A stretch of 63,142 nucleotides of DNA, the filler included. It is 5 parts of 5 records of this genome, joined end to end, with 100 filler letters (N's around TTAATTAATTAA, not from the genome) between each part and the next. Parts side by side here need not be neighbours in the genome. Positions count along the whole stretch, not along the records: positions 10,691 to 30,771 come from DRR723986_7275; positions 30,872 to 39,730 come from DRR723986_7276; 3 more parts are not named here. The stretch is one strand, 5' to 3'. Positions 27,786 through 37,418 of the stretch are shown piece by piece; position 1 is the stretch's first letter, and each line of letters starts with the position of its first letter. The position numbers were made by a program, and so were the translations under genes. The notes below the pieces were generated by a model, which did not search any database, was not told the origin of the DNA, and was given only the letters and a program-made list of their open reading frames with translations.

Positions 27786-28163
27786 TTAAGATTTGGTGAA
27801 CCAGAACTCGTTAATCAAGCCGATGATCAGCGCCACAATCACAATGGCATCAGCCTTGATGACCCGTGCGATCAGTGGGTTGTAGTCCCCCACCTGCCAT
27901 GCCACCGCGATAAAGCCAACGGTGCTGACCAGGCCAAAGCACATGGCGAGCAGGCGCAAATCGACTTTAAACATGGCCACTACGAACAAAACACCCAGCA
28001 AGCCGAATAACAGGGCTCGGTGTTGCATGGCGATCAATAAGTTGGGGTCGGCAATACTCACCCCGTACAGCTTCTCGAGCGATGTTTTACCCATGATTCC
28101 GCTGACAGGTAAAAAGTGGATAAATGCTGCGATGGCCAATGCGATGTTGCTGATCCAGTTCAT
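27786..28163 (-). CDS. Small 4-TM membrane protein of unknown function
   Basis: IHFLP..G......LEKLYG....D.NL.I.MQHRALLFG; GGGGAG RBS. Confidence 0.75.
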   Translation of the reverse strand: MNWISNIALAIAAFIHFLPVSGIMGKTSLEKLYGVSIADPNLLIAMQHRALLFGLLGVLFVVAMFKVDLRLLAMCFGLVSTVGFIAVAWQVGDYNPLIARVIKADAIVIVALIIGLINEFWFTKS

Positions 28164-28234
28164 GGTGCTCCCCTTGTTGAGCCTCGACTATGAGATAAGA
28201 TGAGCCGTCCAATCAATGACCTCTCAGATCAATA

Positions 28235-29596
28235 ATGTCTACACCTGCTTCTGAAATTGCCGATCTAGATCAACCTCCCGCATCGGTTAGCCTGATGCAG
28301 GCTTTCTGGTTCTGGCTCAAGCTGGGCTTTATCAGCTTTGGCGGGCCAGCCGGGCAAATCGCCATCATGCATGAGGAACTGGTTGAACGTCGCCGCTGGA
28401 TTTCCGAGAAGCGTTTTCTTCATGCCCTGAATTACTGCATGTTGTTGCCTGGCCCGGAGGCTCAACAGTTGGCCACTTACCTTGGGTGGTTAATGCACCG
28501 CACCTGGGGGGGAATAGTGGCAGGTGCACTGTTTGTTCTTCCTTCCCTGTTTATTTTGGTGCTGCTGTCCTGGGTTTACATCGCGTTTGGTGACGTGCCC
28601 GTTGTTGCCGGTATTTTCTATGGCATCAAGCCTGCGGTGACCGCGATCGTATTGCACGCGGCACACCGCATTGGATCTCGTGCCCTGAAAAACAACTGGA
28701 TGTGGGCAATTGCGGCAGCCTCGTTTGTGGCGATTTTTGCCATGAACGTACCCTTCCCAATCATCGTGGCCACTGCGGCCATCAGCGGCTTTGTGGGTGG
28801 CAAATTTTTCCCCGCCAAGTTCAACGGCAGCGGTGGCCATGCCAGTGCACAAAAATCGTACGGTGCTGCTTTAATTGACGACAATACCCCTACGCCCGAG
28901 CATGCCCGCTTCAGCAAAATTCATTTGGCCAAGGTGCTGGTAACCGGTGCGCTGCTTTGGCTGGTGCCCATGGGCTTACTGACGGCAAGCCTGGGTTGGC
29001 AAAACACCTTTACGCAAATGGGCTGGTTTTTCACCAAGGCGGCTTTGCTGACTTTTGGAGGGGCTTACGCTGTGTTGCCTTATGTGTACCAGGGGGCGGT
29101 AGGCCATTATGGCTGGTTGACACCTACGCAAATGATTGACGGCTTGGCTTTGGGTGAAACAACCCCCGGCCCGCTGATCATGGTAGTGGCATTCGTGGGT
29201 TTTGTGGGTGCTTATGTGCAAGCCGCATTTGGGCCCGAGCATGCATTTGTGGCGGGTGCGCTGGCCGCAGCGCTGGTGACATGGTTCACCTTCCTGCCTT
29301 CTTTCCTGTTCATCTTGGCGGGTGGCCCCTTGGTTGAAAGCACCCATGATGATTTGAAATTTACAGCACCGTTGGTGGCGATTACCGCGGCCGTGGTGGG
29401 TGTCGTGGTGAACCTTGCGGTATTTTTTGCCTATCACGTGTTGTGGCCTGAGGGCTTGTCCGGTAGCTTGGACTGGACAGCGCTTGCGATTACATTGGGT
29501 GCAGTGCTGGCACTTTTTTACTTCAAGCGGTCGGTCATGCAGGTGTTGGGCGCTTGCGCAGTGCTGGGTTTTGTCCTCAGTTTTGTGCAGGCTTGA
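28235..29596 (+). CDS. chrA: Chromate efflux transporter (long-chain CHR)
   Basis: LKLGFISFGGPAGQIA, LNYCMLLPGPEAQQLA, TFGGAYAV and LGETTPGPLIM motifs. Confidence 0.95.
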   Translation: MSTPASEIADLDQPPASVSLMQAFWFWLKLGFISFGGPAGQIAIMHEELVERRRWISEKRFLHALNYCMLLPGPEAQQLATYLGWLMHRTWGGIVAGALFVLPSLFILVLLSWVYIAFGDVPVVAGIFYGIKPAVTAIVLHAAHRIGSRALKNNWMWAIAAASFVAIFAMNVPFPIIVATAAISGFVGGKFFPAKFNGSGGHASAQKSYGAALIDDNTPTPEHARFSKIHLAKVLVTGALLWLVPMGLLTASLGWQNTFTQMGWFFTKAALLTFGGAYAVLPYVYQGAVGHYGWLTPTQMIDGLALGETTPGPLIMVVAFVGFVGAYVQAAFGPEHAFVAGALAAALVTWFTFLPSFLFILAGGPLVESTHDDLKFTAPLVAITAAVVGVVVNLAVFFAYHVLWPEGLSGSLDWTALAITLGAVLALFYFKRSVMQVLGACAVLGFVLSFVQA

Positions 29597-29634
29597 ACCG
29601 GTTTTTCGGCATAAAAAATTAAAACAAACAGGAG

Positions 29635-30051
29635 ATGGTTTTGATCACCAAAGAAATGATGAATAACTTCATCAACACGCAATTTCCACAAAGCAAAATC
29701 ACGGTTGAACATGTAGATGGCGACTCCGCTACCATTCGTCACAAAATTACGGTGGCTGAGTTGCGCCCCGGTGGCACCGTGGCTGGTCCCGTCATGTTTT
29801 TGGTGGCTGATTGTGCCTTGTATGTGGGCATATTGGGGCGGATTGGCATTGTGCCATTGGCGGTGACCACAAATATGAATATCAATTTTTTGAGAAAACC
29901 CTCCGCAGATCGTGACATTATTGGCGTGTGTAAATTGATCAAGGTGGGCAAAACACTGGCGATTGGTGAAGTCAGTGTGTATTCCGATGGGCTGCCCGAC
30001 CCCGTGGCGCATGCTGTGGGCACCTATGCCATTCCACCCAAGAAAGACTGA
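29635..30051 (+). CDS. PaaI family hotdog-fold thioesterase
   Basis: LRPGGTVAGP.MF.VAD, AVTTNMNINFLRK and KVGKTLAIGEV motifs; start may be TTG at 29641. Confidence 0.9.
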   Translation: MVLITKEMMNNFINTQFPQSKITVEHVDGDSATIRHKITVAELRPGGTVAGPVMFLVADCALYVGILGRIGIVPLAVTTNMNINFLRKPSADRDIIGVCKLIKVGKTLAIGEVSVYSDGLPDPVAHAVGTYAIPPKKD

Positions 30052-30076
30052 TTGAATCAACTGGAGGATTAACACC

Positions 30077-30628
30077 ATGAGCAACATCATCCGCGTACTG
30101 GGTATTTCAGGCAGCCTTCGCGCAAAATCTTGCAATACAGGTTTGCTGCGCGCCGCCTCCAGCTTGTTGCCTGAAGGCATGGAAATGCAGTTCGCCAACT
30201 TGATTGATTTGCCGTTTTTCAATGCCGACCTTGCTGAAAGGCCGGCCGCTGTCCAGGCTTTTTTTGAACAATTGAAACAGGCCGATGCCTTGTTTTTGGC
30301 TTGCCCTGAATACAACTATTCAATTGCACCAGCCCTGAAAAATGCGATTGACTGGGCTTCGCGTTATCCCGACAACGCTTTGCTGGCTGGTAAACCTGTG
30401 GCCATTTGCGGCGCGGGTGGGGGCATGGGCACCTCACGCGCCCAATACCATTTGCGGCAAGTGTGTGTGTATCTCGATTTGCATCCCTTGAACAAGCCCG
30501 AAGTATTTGCCAACGCATTTGCGGGTGGTTTTGATCCCGATGGCAATGTGACGGATGAGAAAATCAAGTCCAACCTGACGGCCCAGTTGCTGGCCTTGAA
30601 AGCATGGAGTCTTCGCCTGAAAGGGTAG
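30077..30628 (+). CDS. NAD(P)H-dependent FMN/quinone reductase (ChrR/YieF-like)
   Basis: GSLRAKSCN and PEYNYSIAPALKNAIDWASR motifs. Confidence 0.92.
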   Translation: MSNIIRVLGISGSLRAKSCNTGLLRAASSLLPEGMEMQFANLIDLPFFNADLAERPAAVQAFFEQLKQADALFLACPEYNYSIAPALKNAIDWASRYPDNALLAGKPVAICGAGGGMGTSRAQYHLRQVCVYLDLHPLNKPEVFANAFAGGFDPDGNVTDEKIKSNLTAQLLALKAWSLRLKG

Positions 30629-30654
30629 GGGTGAAAAAAATTTAGCGCCAACCC

Positions 30655-30681
30655 TAAAGAATCATTTTTTCCAAGCGTTAA
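30655..30681 (+). promoter_or_regulatory. Putative sigma28 (FliA) promoter
   Basis: TAAA-N15-AGCGTTAA versus consensus TAAA-N15-GCCGATAA. Confidence 0.5.
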
Positions 30682-30761
30682 TGAATCATGAGCAGCGCAC
30701 GACAGTGCATGACACTGAAGGCGACTGACTCTTAACTCAATAAATTGCTTGGAGAAATATC

Positions 30762-30771
30762 ATGCTAGGAA
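30762..30771 (+). CDS. First codons (M-L-G) of a gene cut by the contig end, probably flagellin
   Basis: GGAGA RBS at 30751; sigma28-like promoter upstream; Burkholderia-type flagellins start MLGIN. Confidence 0.45.
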
Positions 30772-30871
30772 NNNNNNNNNNNNNNNNNNNNNNNNNNNNN
30801 NNNNNNNNNNNNNNNTTAATTAATTAANNNNNNNNNNNNNNNNNNNNNNNNNNNNNNNNNNNNNNNNNNNN
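30772..30871. other. Artificial contig linker
   Basis: 44 N + TTAATTAATTAA + 44 N. Confidence 0.98.
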
Positions 30872-30953
30872 ACAGAAGCCTGACAGCGCCAAGAACAACC
30901 AGATGCACTGATCCCTTTTCCGACCTGAACGCCATTCCGGAACCCGAGGCCCC

Positions 30954-33797
30954 ATGACTTCGAAACATCCGTTACCTGTTCGATCTCGCTACGCTCTGCT
31001 GCAGAGGCTGTTGCTGGTCGTCACCGTGTTACTGGCTCCACTGGCGACAGCCAGTGTGTCACCCACCCAAAGTCCCAATGATCCGAACCAGTATCGGTTC
31101 ATCGAACTCGACAATGGCTTGCGGGTGATCCTCGCTTCGGACCCGGAAACAGACAAAGCCGCCGCCTCCATGAACGTTGCCGTGGGCAGCGGAAACGATC
31201 CGAAAGAGCGGGCTGGCCTGGCGCACTTTCTCGAGCACATGCTGTTTTTGGGCACCGAGAAGTACCCGGAGGCAGGCGAATACCAGCAATTTATTCGCAG
31301 CCACGGCGGCAGTCATAACGCGTTCACAGCGTTTGAGGACACCAACTATTTCTTTGATGTCGAAGCAGAGTTTCTGGAGCCGGCACTGGACCGGTTCGCC
31401 CAACAGTTTTCTCATCCGCTGTTCACGCCGGAACTGGTGGATCGTGAGCGCAATGCCGTCCACTCCGAGTACAGTTCCAAGCTTAAAGATGACGGCCGGC
31501 GCCTGCTTTCTGTCAGGAAGGCGGCGGGCAATCAGAAGCATGCCTTCAGCCAGTTTGCGGTCGGCAACCTGGAGACCCTGGAAAATACCGAAGGCAACCC
31601 GCTTCGGCCTGACCTGATTCGTTTCTGGGAAGAAAACTATTCGGCGAACATCATGACCCTGGCAGTCTACGGCCCACAGCCGCTGGATGAGCTGGAACGC
31701 ATGGTGCAGGAGCGCTTTGGCGCCATCGCCAACCGTAACCTTGAACCCAAGGTTCACCCTCACCCGCTGTACGACACCTCCCCGTTGCCAGAGAAAGTGA
31801 CAGCCGAGACGCTGAAAGACAATCGCAGCATGACGCTGTCTTTCCCGATCCCCTCTCAGCAGCGTTACTATAAAAGCAAACCTGCAGCCTACGTTGCCAA
31901 CCTGCTGGGCCACGAAGGCCCCGGCAGCCTGTTTGACGTTCTGAAACGCGCAGGCATGGTAGAAAGCCTTTCCGCAGGCACAGGGATGGACACCGGCGAA
32001 CACGCCACTCTCGACATCAGCATGTCGCTCACCCGGGAAGGCCTGGAACACCAGGATGAGATCATTGCCCTCACCTTTGAATATATAGATCGTATTCGTG
32101 ACAACGGCATCAGCCAGCAACGCTTCAACGAGATGCGACAGCTGGCCATGATTGATTTCCGTTTCCGGGAACGCGCTGAAGCGCAAAGCGAGGCCATGCG
32201 ACTGTCCAGACTCCTCAAGGACTATCCGCCTGAAGATGTTCTAAGCGCCCCCTGGCTGCTTGAGCGGTATGCCCCAGAGCAATACAGGGCGATCCTCAAT
32301 CAGCTGAAACCAGCCAACCTTAAAGTCTGGATTGCTGCGCCCAACCTGGACGCGAGCGAGCCGAACCTCACGCGGTGGTATCAGACGCCCTGGGTCAGGA
32401 CACCCCTGAACCTCGATAATCCGGCAGCTCCCAGCCTGGCTGAACAGCTTGCCCTGCCCGAATCCAACCCCTTTGTTCCAGAAGATCTCGAACTGGTGGG
32501 GGGGGATAGCATGGCTCACCCGGAGAAATTTGCCGAACTGGACGGACTGGATATCTGGTACGCCCGGGATACCCGTTTCGCCACTCCGAAAGCCAATCTG
32601 TTTGTCAGCCTGAGAACGCCGGCAGCGCGGGAATCCGCCCGGAGTTCAGTGCTCACACAACTGCTGGTGGACGCCATTAACACCAACCTCAACGCCTGGG
32701 CCTATTCTGCCCGGCTGGCCGGGCTGGACTACAGCGTCTACCCCCATCTTCGTGGTGTTACCATCCGTGTCGGCGGCTACAGCGACAAGCTGCACAAGCT
32801 GGCTAACCAGATACTGCTGGAGTTCGCCAATCCCGCCCTTACCGAACAGCGATTCAGGATCGCGCGACAGAACCTGATGGATGCTCTGGAAAACAAGAGC
32901 AAAGAACGGCCGGTGCAGCAGACTTCGGAATTTGTCCAAACCGCCTTGCTGGAAGGCACGTTTCCCGTGGAGGAGCGCCTGGCCGCTGCGCGCGACGTCA
33001 CACTGAATGAGCTGAGGGGGTTTGCCGGCAGTTTCCTCGCCCGCACTGATCCCGTCATGCTCGCCCATGGCAACCTGACACAGGCCAGTGCCCTGAATAT
33101 GGCCAGACAGGTACAGGCTCTGGTGCTGAACGATCACCAGCGTACCAACGTGGATCGGGCGCGAATTCGCCAGCTGCCTCCGAGCCAGACCGCCGCGCAT
33201 CTGGCGGTTGAGCACCCCGATACCGGTTACACCTTATACCTGCAGGGCAACAACACTTCCTACGCGGAGCGAGCCCGGTATCGGTTGCTGGCACAAATCA
33301 TCAGTAGCCCGTTCTATGAGGAAATCCGGACCACGCGCCAGCTCGGATACATCGTCTACGCGACCGCGTTCGAGATTCTGGAAACGCCGGCGCTCGGGCT
33401 GGTTGTGCAATCCCCATCCGCTGATGCATCTGCCATCGACTCGGCCGTCAAGGAATTCAGCCAAACCTTTGCGCAACAACTGGCGGAGATGGATGACACC
33501 CGGCTTAAGCGGGAAAAACAGGCGGTGATCAGCCAACTGCTGGAGCGTGACCGGCAACTGAGCGAAGTCTCCAGCCGATACTGGCGGGAGATCGACCGGG
33601 AAAATGCCGAGTTTAACAGCCGACAAGCCCTGGCCGACGCTATTCGGAACGTATCGCTGGAGGAACTGAAAGAGACCTTCGAACAGGCCATGCTTGAACG
33701 ACAACGTGCTCTGCTGGTCACCACCGGAGGCGATGCCGTGAATGATGAGGCGATCCTTCAGACCCTGCGGGACCTGGGCCCTGTACCGAAGGATTGA
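30954..33797 (+). CDS. ptrA: Periplasmic M16A zinc protease (pitrilysin/insulinase)
   Basis: Signal peptide; GLAHFLEHMLFLGT inverted zinc motif; GGSHNAFT; EEIRTTRQLGY. Confidence 0.92.
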   Translation: MTSKHPLPVRSRYALLQRLLLVVTVLLAPLATASVSPTQSPNDPNQYRFIELDNGLRVILASDPETDKAAASMNVAVGSGNDPKERAGLAHFLEHMLFLGTEKYPEAGEYQQFIRSHGGSHNAFTAFEDTNYFFDVEAEFLEPALDRFAQQFSHPLFTPELVDRERNAVHSEYSSKLKDDGRRLLSVRKAAGNQKHAFSQFAVGNLETLENTEGNPLRPDLIRFWEENYSANIMTLAVYGPQPLDELERMVQERFGAIANRNLEPKVHPHPLYDTSPLPEKVTAETLKDNRSMTLSFPIPSQQRYYKSKPAAYVANLLGHEGPGSLFDVLKRAGMVESLSAGTGMDTGEHATLDISMSLTREGLEHQDEIIALTFEYIDRIRDNGISQQRFNEMRQLAMIDFRFRERAEAQSEAMRLSRLLKDYPPEDVLSAPWLLERYAPEQYRAILNQLKPANLKVWIAAPNLDASEPNLTRWYQTPWVRTPLNLDNPAAPSLAEQLALPESNPFVPEDLELVGGDSMAHPEKFAELDGLDIWYARDTRFATPKANLFVSLRTPAARESARSSVLTQLLVDAINTNLNAWAYSARLAGLDYSVYPHLRGVTIRVGGYSDKLHKLANQILLEFANPALTEQRFRIARQNLMDALENKSKERPVQQTSEFVQTALLEGTFPVEERLAAARDVTLNELRGFAGSFLARTDPVMLAHGNLTQASALNMARQVQALVLNDHQRTNVDRARIRQLPPSQTAAHLAVEHPDTGYTLYLQGNNTSYAERARYRLLAQIISSPFYEEIRTTRQLGYIVYATAFEILETPALGLVVQSPSADASAIDSAVKEFSQTFAQQLAEMDDTRLKREKQAVISQLLERDRQLSEVSSRYWREIDRENAEFNSRQALADAIRNVSLEELKETFEQAMLERQRALLVTTGGDAVNDEAILQTLRDLGPVPKD

Positions 33798-33811
33798 CGA
33801 GAGATACTACG

Positions 33812-33847
33812 AACCTGCCCGGCGATCATTCGCCTGCCGGGCAGGTT
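33812..33847. terminator. Stem-loop between convergent genes
   Basis: AACCTGCCCGGC / GCCGGGCAGGTT 12-bp perfect arms. Confidence 0.65.
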
Positions 33848-33866
33848 GTCGGGTTAACAAAGCCGG

Positions 33867-34439
33867 TTACAGATCCACCGCAAACTGATTGAAATACACC
33901 ACAGACCCAGTGCCGGTCCCCACATTCAGAATGCTGAATGCCACCTTGCCCTTCTCCTGAATAAAAGCAAACTTGTCGCTTTCATTCTTTACTTCGTAGT
34001 TCTCGGTGTCGTTTTTCTTCTCGTTATACACAGACAAGGCTCCGTCCTGGCTGCCATGACGAATCTGGGCCATGGAGACAATAATCTGGGGAATATCCTT
34101 TGCCTTGTTGAACGTCAGAATCCAGATGCCCGAGTCGTTGGTGGGCAACATCACCTGCACAAAGCCTTTCTCGGCGCCATCCTGGTATTTAGAGCTGGCC
34201 AGGTCGTTCATGCCAACCCAGTAGGAGTACCAGTTGCCTTCCAGAGCAACGTCAATGGTGTCAAATACCTTGACCTTCACACTGTTGTCGGGATCACTGA
34301 CACCCAGCTGTTTCACAACGGTAGTCAGCAGGGATTTCGTGCCCTCGCCGTAGGAGTCAAAGCCACCAAAACTCTGAGCCAGACTGGCCTGGGAGAAAGA
34401 CACTACCAGCAACAGCGCAAGCAACTTATAGAACTTCAT
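33867..34439 (-). CDS. Hypothetical secreted protein
   Basis: Signal peptide MKFYKLLALLLVVSFSQASLA; AAGGA RBS; no recognised motif. Confidence 0.75.
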   Translation of the reverse strand: MKFYKLLALLLVVSFSQASLAQSFGGFDSYGEGTKSLLTTVVKQLGVSDPDNSVKVKVFDTIDVALEGNWYSYWVGMNDLASSKYQDGAEKGFVQVMLPTNDSGIWILTFNKAKDIPQIIVSMAQIRHGSQDGALSVYNEKKNDTENYEVKNESDKFAFIQEKGKVAFSILNVGTGTGSVVYFNQFAVDL

Positions 34440-34586
34440 GCAGATTTCCTTTTTATCCGGTACTTGATCCGACGGCTCCGCGCCATCCCCTGCCTGAAAA
34501 CAGGCCGAGCCTATGATAGTCAGCGACTACCCACGTGATCTACCCGGAAACGGCAAGACAGTGTGAACAAATGAAAAATGACGGCC

Positions 34587-34615
34587 TTGAGCCCGCTGCC
34601 TCAGGCCGTTATCAT
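34587..34615 (+). promoter_or_regulatory. Sigma70 promoter of the tRNA gene
   Basis: TTGAGC-17 bp-TATCAT followed by a GC-rich discriminator. Confidence 0.6.
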
Positions 34616-34632
34616 ACCGCCTCCTTTACGAT

Positions 34633-34709
34633 GCCCCCGTAGCTCATCTGGATAGAGCGTCCCCCTCCTAAGGGGAAGGTAGCAGGTTCGAGTCCTGCCG
34701 GGGGTACCA
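34633..34709 (+). tRNA. tRNA-Arg (anticodon CCT)
   Basis: Acceptor GCCCCCG/CGGGGGT + ACCA; D arm GCTC..GAGC; anticodon arm TCCCC-CTCCTAA-GGGGA; GGTTCGAGTCC T loop; 77 nt. Confidence 0.97.
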
Positions 34710-34717
34710 TTCTATTT

Positions 34718-35290
34718 TCAGGCTGCCCGCGGATCCGTTTCTCCTACCCCGGGCTGACCTCGGTGCCCGTCGCGAAATGCCACCAGACTATCCACTTCGG
34801 AAAAATCCACCAGGTCACGGAAATCCAGCCAGTCCACCAGACAATAGAGACAGATGGCAGGATAGTTCCACTGCTTAAACTGCCCCGCTTCCACCATGGC
34901 GGACAGGGTTCGCAGCGTTGTCATGATGCGTTCGCGCTGAAGGTTATAGAACATTGCATCCTGGCTGGTATCGATTCCGGACCTCTCAGAAAGCAGCATG
35001 GTTACCGCAGAATCGTTGGCGCCATCAATCAGCGTTAACTGGTTCTCCTGGTCCCAGGTGAGGGCGTCAAGCCCAAGCTTCTGACCAAGATAACGGGCGA
35101 TAACCCGTGAGTCATAGAGCTCCTGATCGCCATCAATCAGTACCGGGATTTTCAGGGTGGGATTAGTACGCCGCAGCTCATCACGGCCTTCGCCATAAAT
35201 ATCGAGATTGATGAACTCGTGCGGTTCATCGCTCAGCAGGAGCCGAATGCGGCGTACGTAGGGCGACGTGGTAGATCCAATCAGTTTCAT
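34718..35290 (-). CDS. Glutathione S-transferase family protein
   Basis: TSPYVRRIR, NPTLKIPVL and LYDSRVIARYL motifs. Confidence 0.92.
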   Translation of the reverse strand: MKLIGSTTSPYVRRIRLLLSDEPHEFINLDIYGEGRDELRRTNPTLKIPVLIDGDQELYDSRVIARYLGQKLGLDALTWDQENQLTLIDGANDSAVTMLLSERSGIDTSQDAMFYNLQRERIMTTLRTLSAMVEAGQFKQWNYPAICLYCLVDWLDFRDLVDFSEVDSLVAFRDGHRGQPGVGETDPRAA

Positions 35291-35311
35291 GATACCTCCA
35301 GGGAGCCGGGG

Positions 35312-36430
35312 TCAGGACCCCAGCAAGGATTCAGGGTCTGTATAGGGGTGCCCGGTAGCGTCTGCGACTTCCCGATAGGTGACTTTCCCCGCAGCGACAT
35401 TGAGACCGGCCTTCAGGTGCGGGTCTTCCTTCATTGCCCGGTCAGCCCCCTTGTTGGCCAGCGCAACAACATAAGGCAAGGTCACGTTGTTCAAGGCCAG
35501 CGTGGATGTGCGCGCGACGGCGCCGGGCATGTTGGCAACACAGTAATGCACAACGCCATCAACAATGAAGGTGGGATCATCGTGCGTGGTTGCCCGCGAG
35601 GTTTCAGCACAACCTCCCTGATCAATGGCCACATCAACAATCACGCTGCCCTCGGGCATCCGGCGAATCATATCCCGGGTAATGAGTTTCGGAGCCGATG
35701 CACCCGGAATAAGCACGCTGCCAATAACCAGATCGGATTCAGTGACCGCCTGGTCAAGCGTCTGAGTAGTTGAGAACAAGGTGGTCAGACGATTCCCATA
35801 TCGATGATCGAGTTCCCTGAGCACGTCCATATTGCGATCCAGTACTGTCACCTGGGCCCCCATACCGATGGCCATGGCAATGGCATTCTGACCAACCACG
35901 CCCCCGCCAACCACCGTTACTCGCGCCGGTGGGACACCGGGCACACCTCCCAATAACACGCCGCGACCTCCCATGGCCTTTTCCAGGCAGTGAGCCCCCG
36001 CCTGAATGGCCATTCGTCCGGCCACTTCCGACATGGGTGCCAACAAGGGCAAATGGCCGGTACGGTCAGTCACGGTTTCGTACGCGATACACGTGGCCCC
36101 AGAGCGCACCAGATCGTCAGTCTGGGGTTTGTCCGGCGCCAGATGCAGATAGGTGAAAAGGGTGTGCTCCGGCTTCAGCATCGCCCGCTCTTCAGACTGG
36201 GGCTCCTTGACCTTCACGATAAGCTCGGCCAGCTCGAAAACTTCCCTGGGGCTTTCCACAATGTGTGCCCCTGCCTGCCGATAATCCTCATCGGAAAAGC
36301 CGATGGCGACACCTGCACCAGTTCCGACCAAAACCTTGTGTTTATGGCCACACAATTCATGAACCGCCGCTGGCGTCAAACCAACCCGATATTCGCGGTT
36401 CTTGATCTCCTTCGGTACACCAATCTTCAT
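35312..36430 (-). CDS. ald: Alanine dehydrogenase
   Basis: MKIGVPKEIKNREYRVGLTP, VKVKEP, FTYLHLA, MSEVAGR, DVAIDQGGC and YCVANMPGAV motifs. Confidence 0.97.
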   Translation of the reverse strand: MKIGVPKEIKNREYRVGLTPAAVHELCGHKHKVLVGTGAGVAIGFSDEDYRQAGAHIVESPREVFELAELIVKVKEPQSEERAMLKPEHTLFTYLHLAPDKPQTDDLVRSGATCIAYETVTDRTGHLPLLAPMSEVAGRMAIQAGAHCLEKAMGGRGVLLGGVPGVPPARVTVVGGGVVGQNAIAMAIGMGAQVTVLDRNMDVLRELDHRYGNRLTTLFSTTQTLDQAVTESDLVIGSVLIPGASAPKLITRDMIRRMPEGSVIVDVAIDQGGCAETSRATTHDDPTFIVDGVVHYCVANMPGAVARTSTLALNNVTLPYVVALANKGADRAMKEDPHLKAGLNVAAGKVTYREVADATGHPYTDPESLLGS

Positions 36431-36498
36431 GCGCTACCTCCTTACGGCCGGCCCAAATGGACCTCTGTTGCAGTGTAGTCAAGGCTATCGGTCAGCAC

Positions 36499-37248
36499 TC
36501 ACTCCTGATAAATCATCTTGCGCGTCATGCCTCCGTCCACCACAAAATTCTGCCCGGTGACGAAGCCAGCCTCGGAGGAAATCAGGTAAGCCACCAGTGT
36601 AGCGATGTCTTCGGGCCTGCCAACGCGGCCGGCCGGATGCTGCTGGTGATCCGCTTCTGACAGAGGCTCGACAGCCTGCTCGCTTCCCTGCCAGTCACGG
36701 GTATCTATCCAGCCCGGGCTGATACAGTTCACCCGTATTTCTGGTCCCAGGCTAATGGCCAACGCATGGGTCAGTGCCACAAGGCCGCCCTTGGTGGCGG
36801 CGTAGGCTTCAGTATCCGGCTCTGATTGCAGGGCCCGTGTGGAGGCCATATTCACAATCACGCCCCTCGCCTTCCGGAGATACGGTACCGCATGTTTGCT
36901 CACCAGAAACGGCCCGGTCAGATTGACATCCATTCGACGCTGCCACTGTTCAAGGCCCAGTTGTTCTATCGGGCCGGTATGAGGGTCCGCAATGCCAGCG
37001 TTGTTAATAACGGCATTCAGGCCACCACCCCAGTGCACCGTTTGGGAAATGATATTCTCAACATCCGCTTCGCTGGCAACGTCGCCTGCCAGAAACACGA
37101 CTTCACCCTCTGCGTTGGCAACCAACTGTTCACCTACGGCTTGGTCAGTATCACAGAATGCCACTTTCCAGCCCGCCGCCGCCAGGTGCAGCACTATGCC
37201 TCGGCCAATTCCCTTCGCGCCTCCTGTCACCAGGACTACCTTTTGCAT
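36499..37248 (-). CDS. Short-chain dehydrogenase/reductase
   Basis: VTGGAKGIG, NNAG, STRALQSEP..EAYAATK and ISPGWI motifs. Confidence 0.92.
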   Translation of the reverse strand: MQKVVLVTGGAKGIGRGIVLHLAAAGWKVAFCDTDQAVGEQLVANAEGEVVFLAGDVASEADVENIISQTVHWGGGLNAVINNAGIADPHTGPIEQLGLEQWQRRMDVNLTGPFLVSKHAVPYLRKARGVIVNMASTRALQSEPDTEAYAATKGGLVALTHALAISLGPEIRVNCISPGWIDTRDWQGSEQAVEPLSEADHQQHPAGRVGRPEDIATLVAYLISSEAGFVTGQNFVVDGGMTRKMIYQE

Positions 37249-37418
37249 TCGTTCCAAGTCTGCCTCCAACGGTTTCGGTTCCGTCAACACTATTCGGCGG
37301 GCTTTGCGCCGGACGGAATGATTGCTGCAGTTTAGCAGCAACTGATTGATACGGTTTTCGCCGATGCCTGTTTCTACAGGTTAGAATGCCCGCCGGCCCA
37401 CACTACCGGAAACCAACC

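Noticed and set aside
34633-34717. tRNA-Arg as an integration site of a genomic island
   Set aside because: No integrase or duplicated tRNA 3' end is seen, and ordinary metabolic genes follow directly
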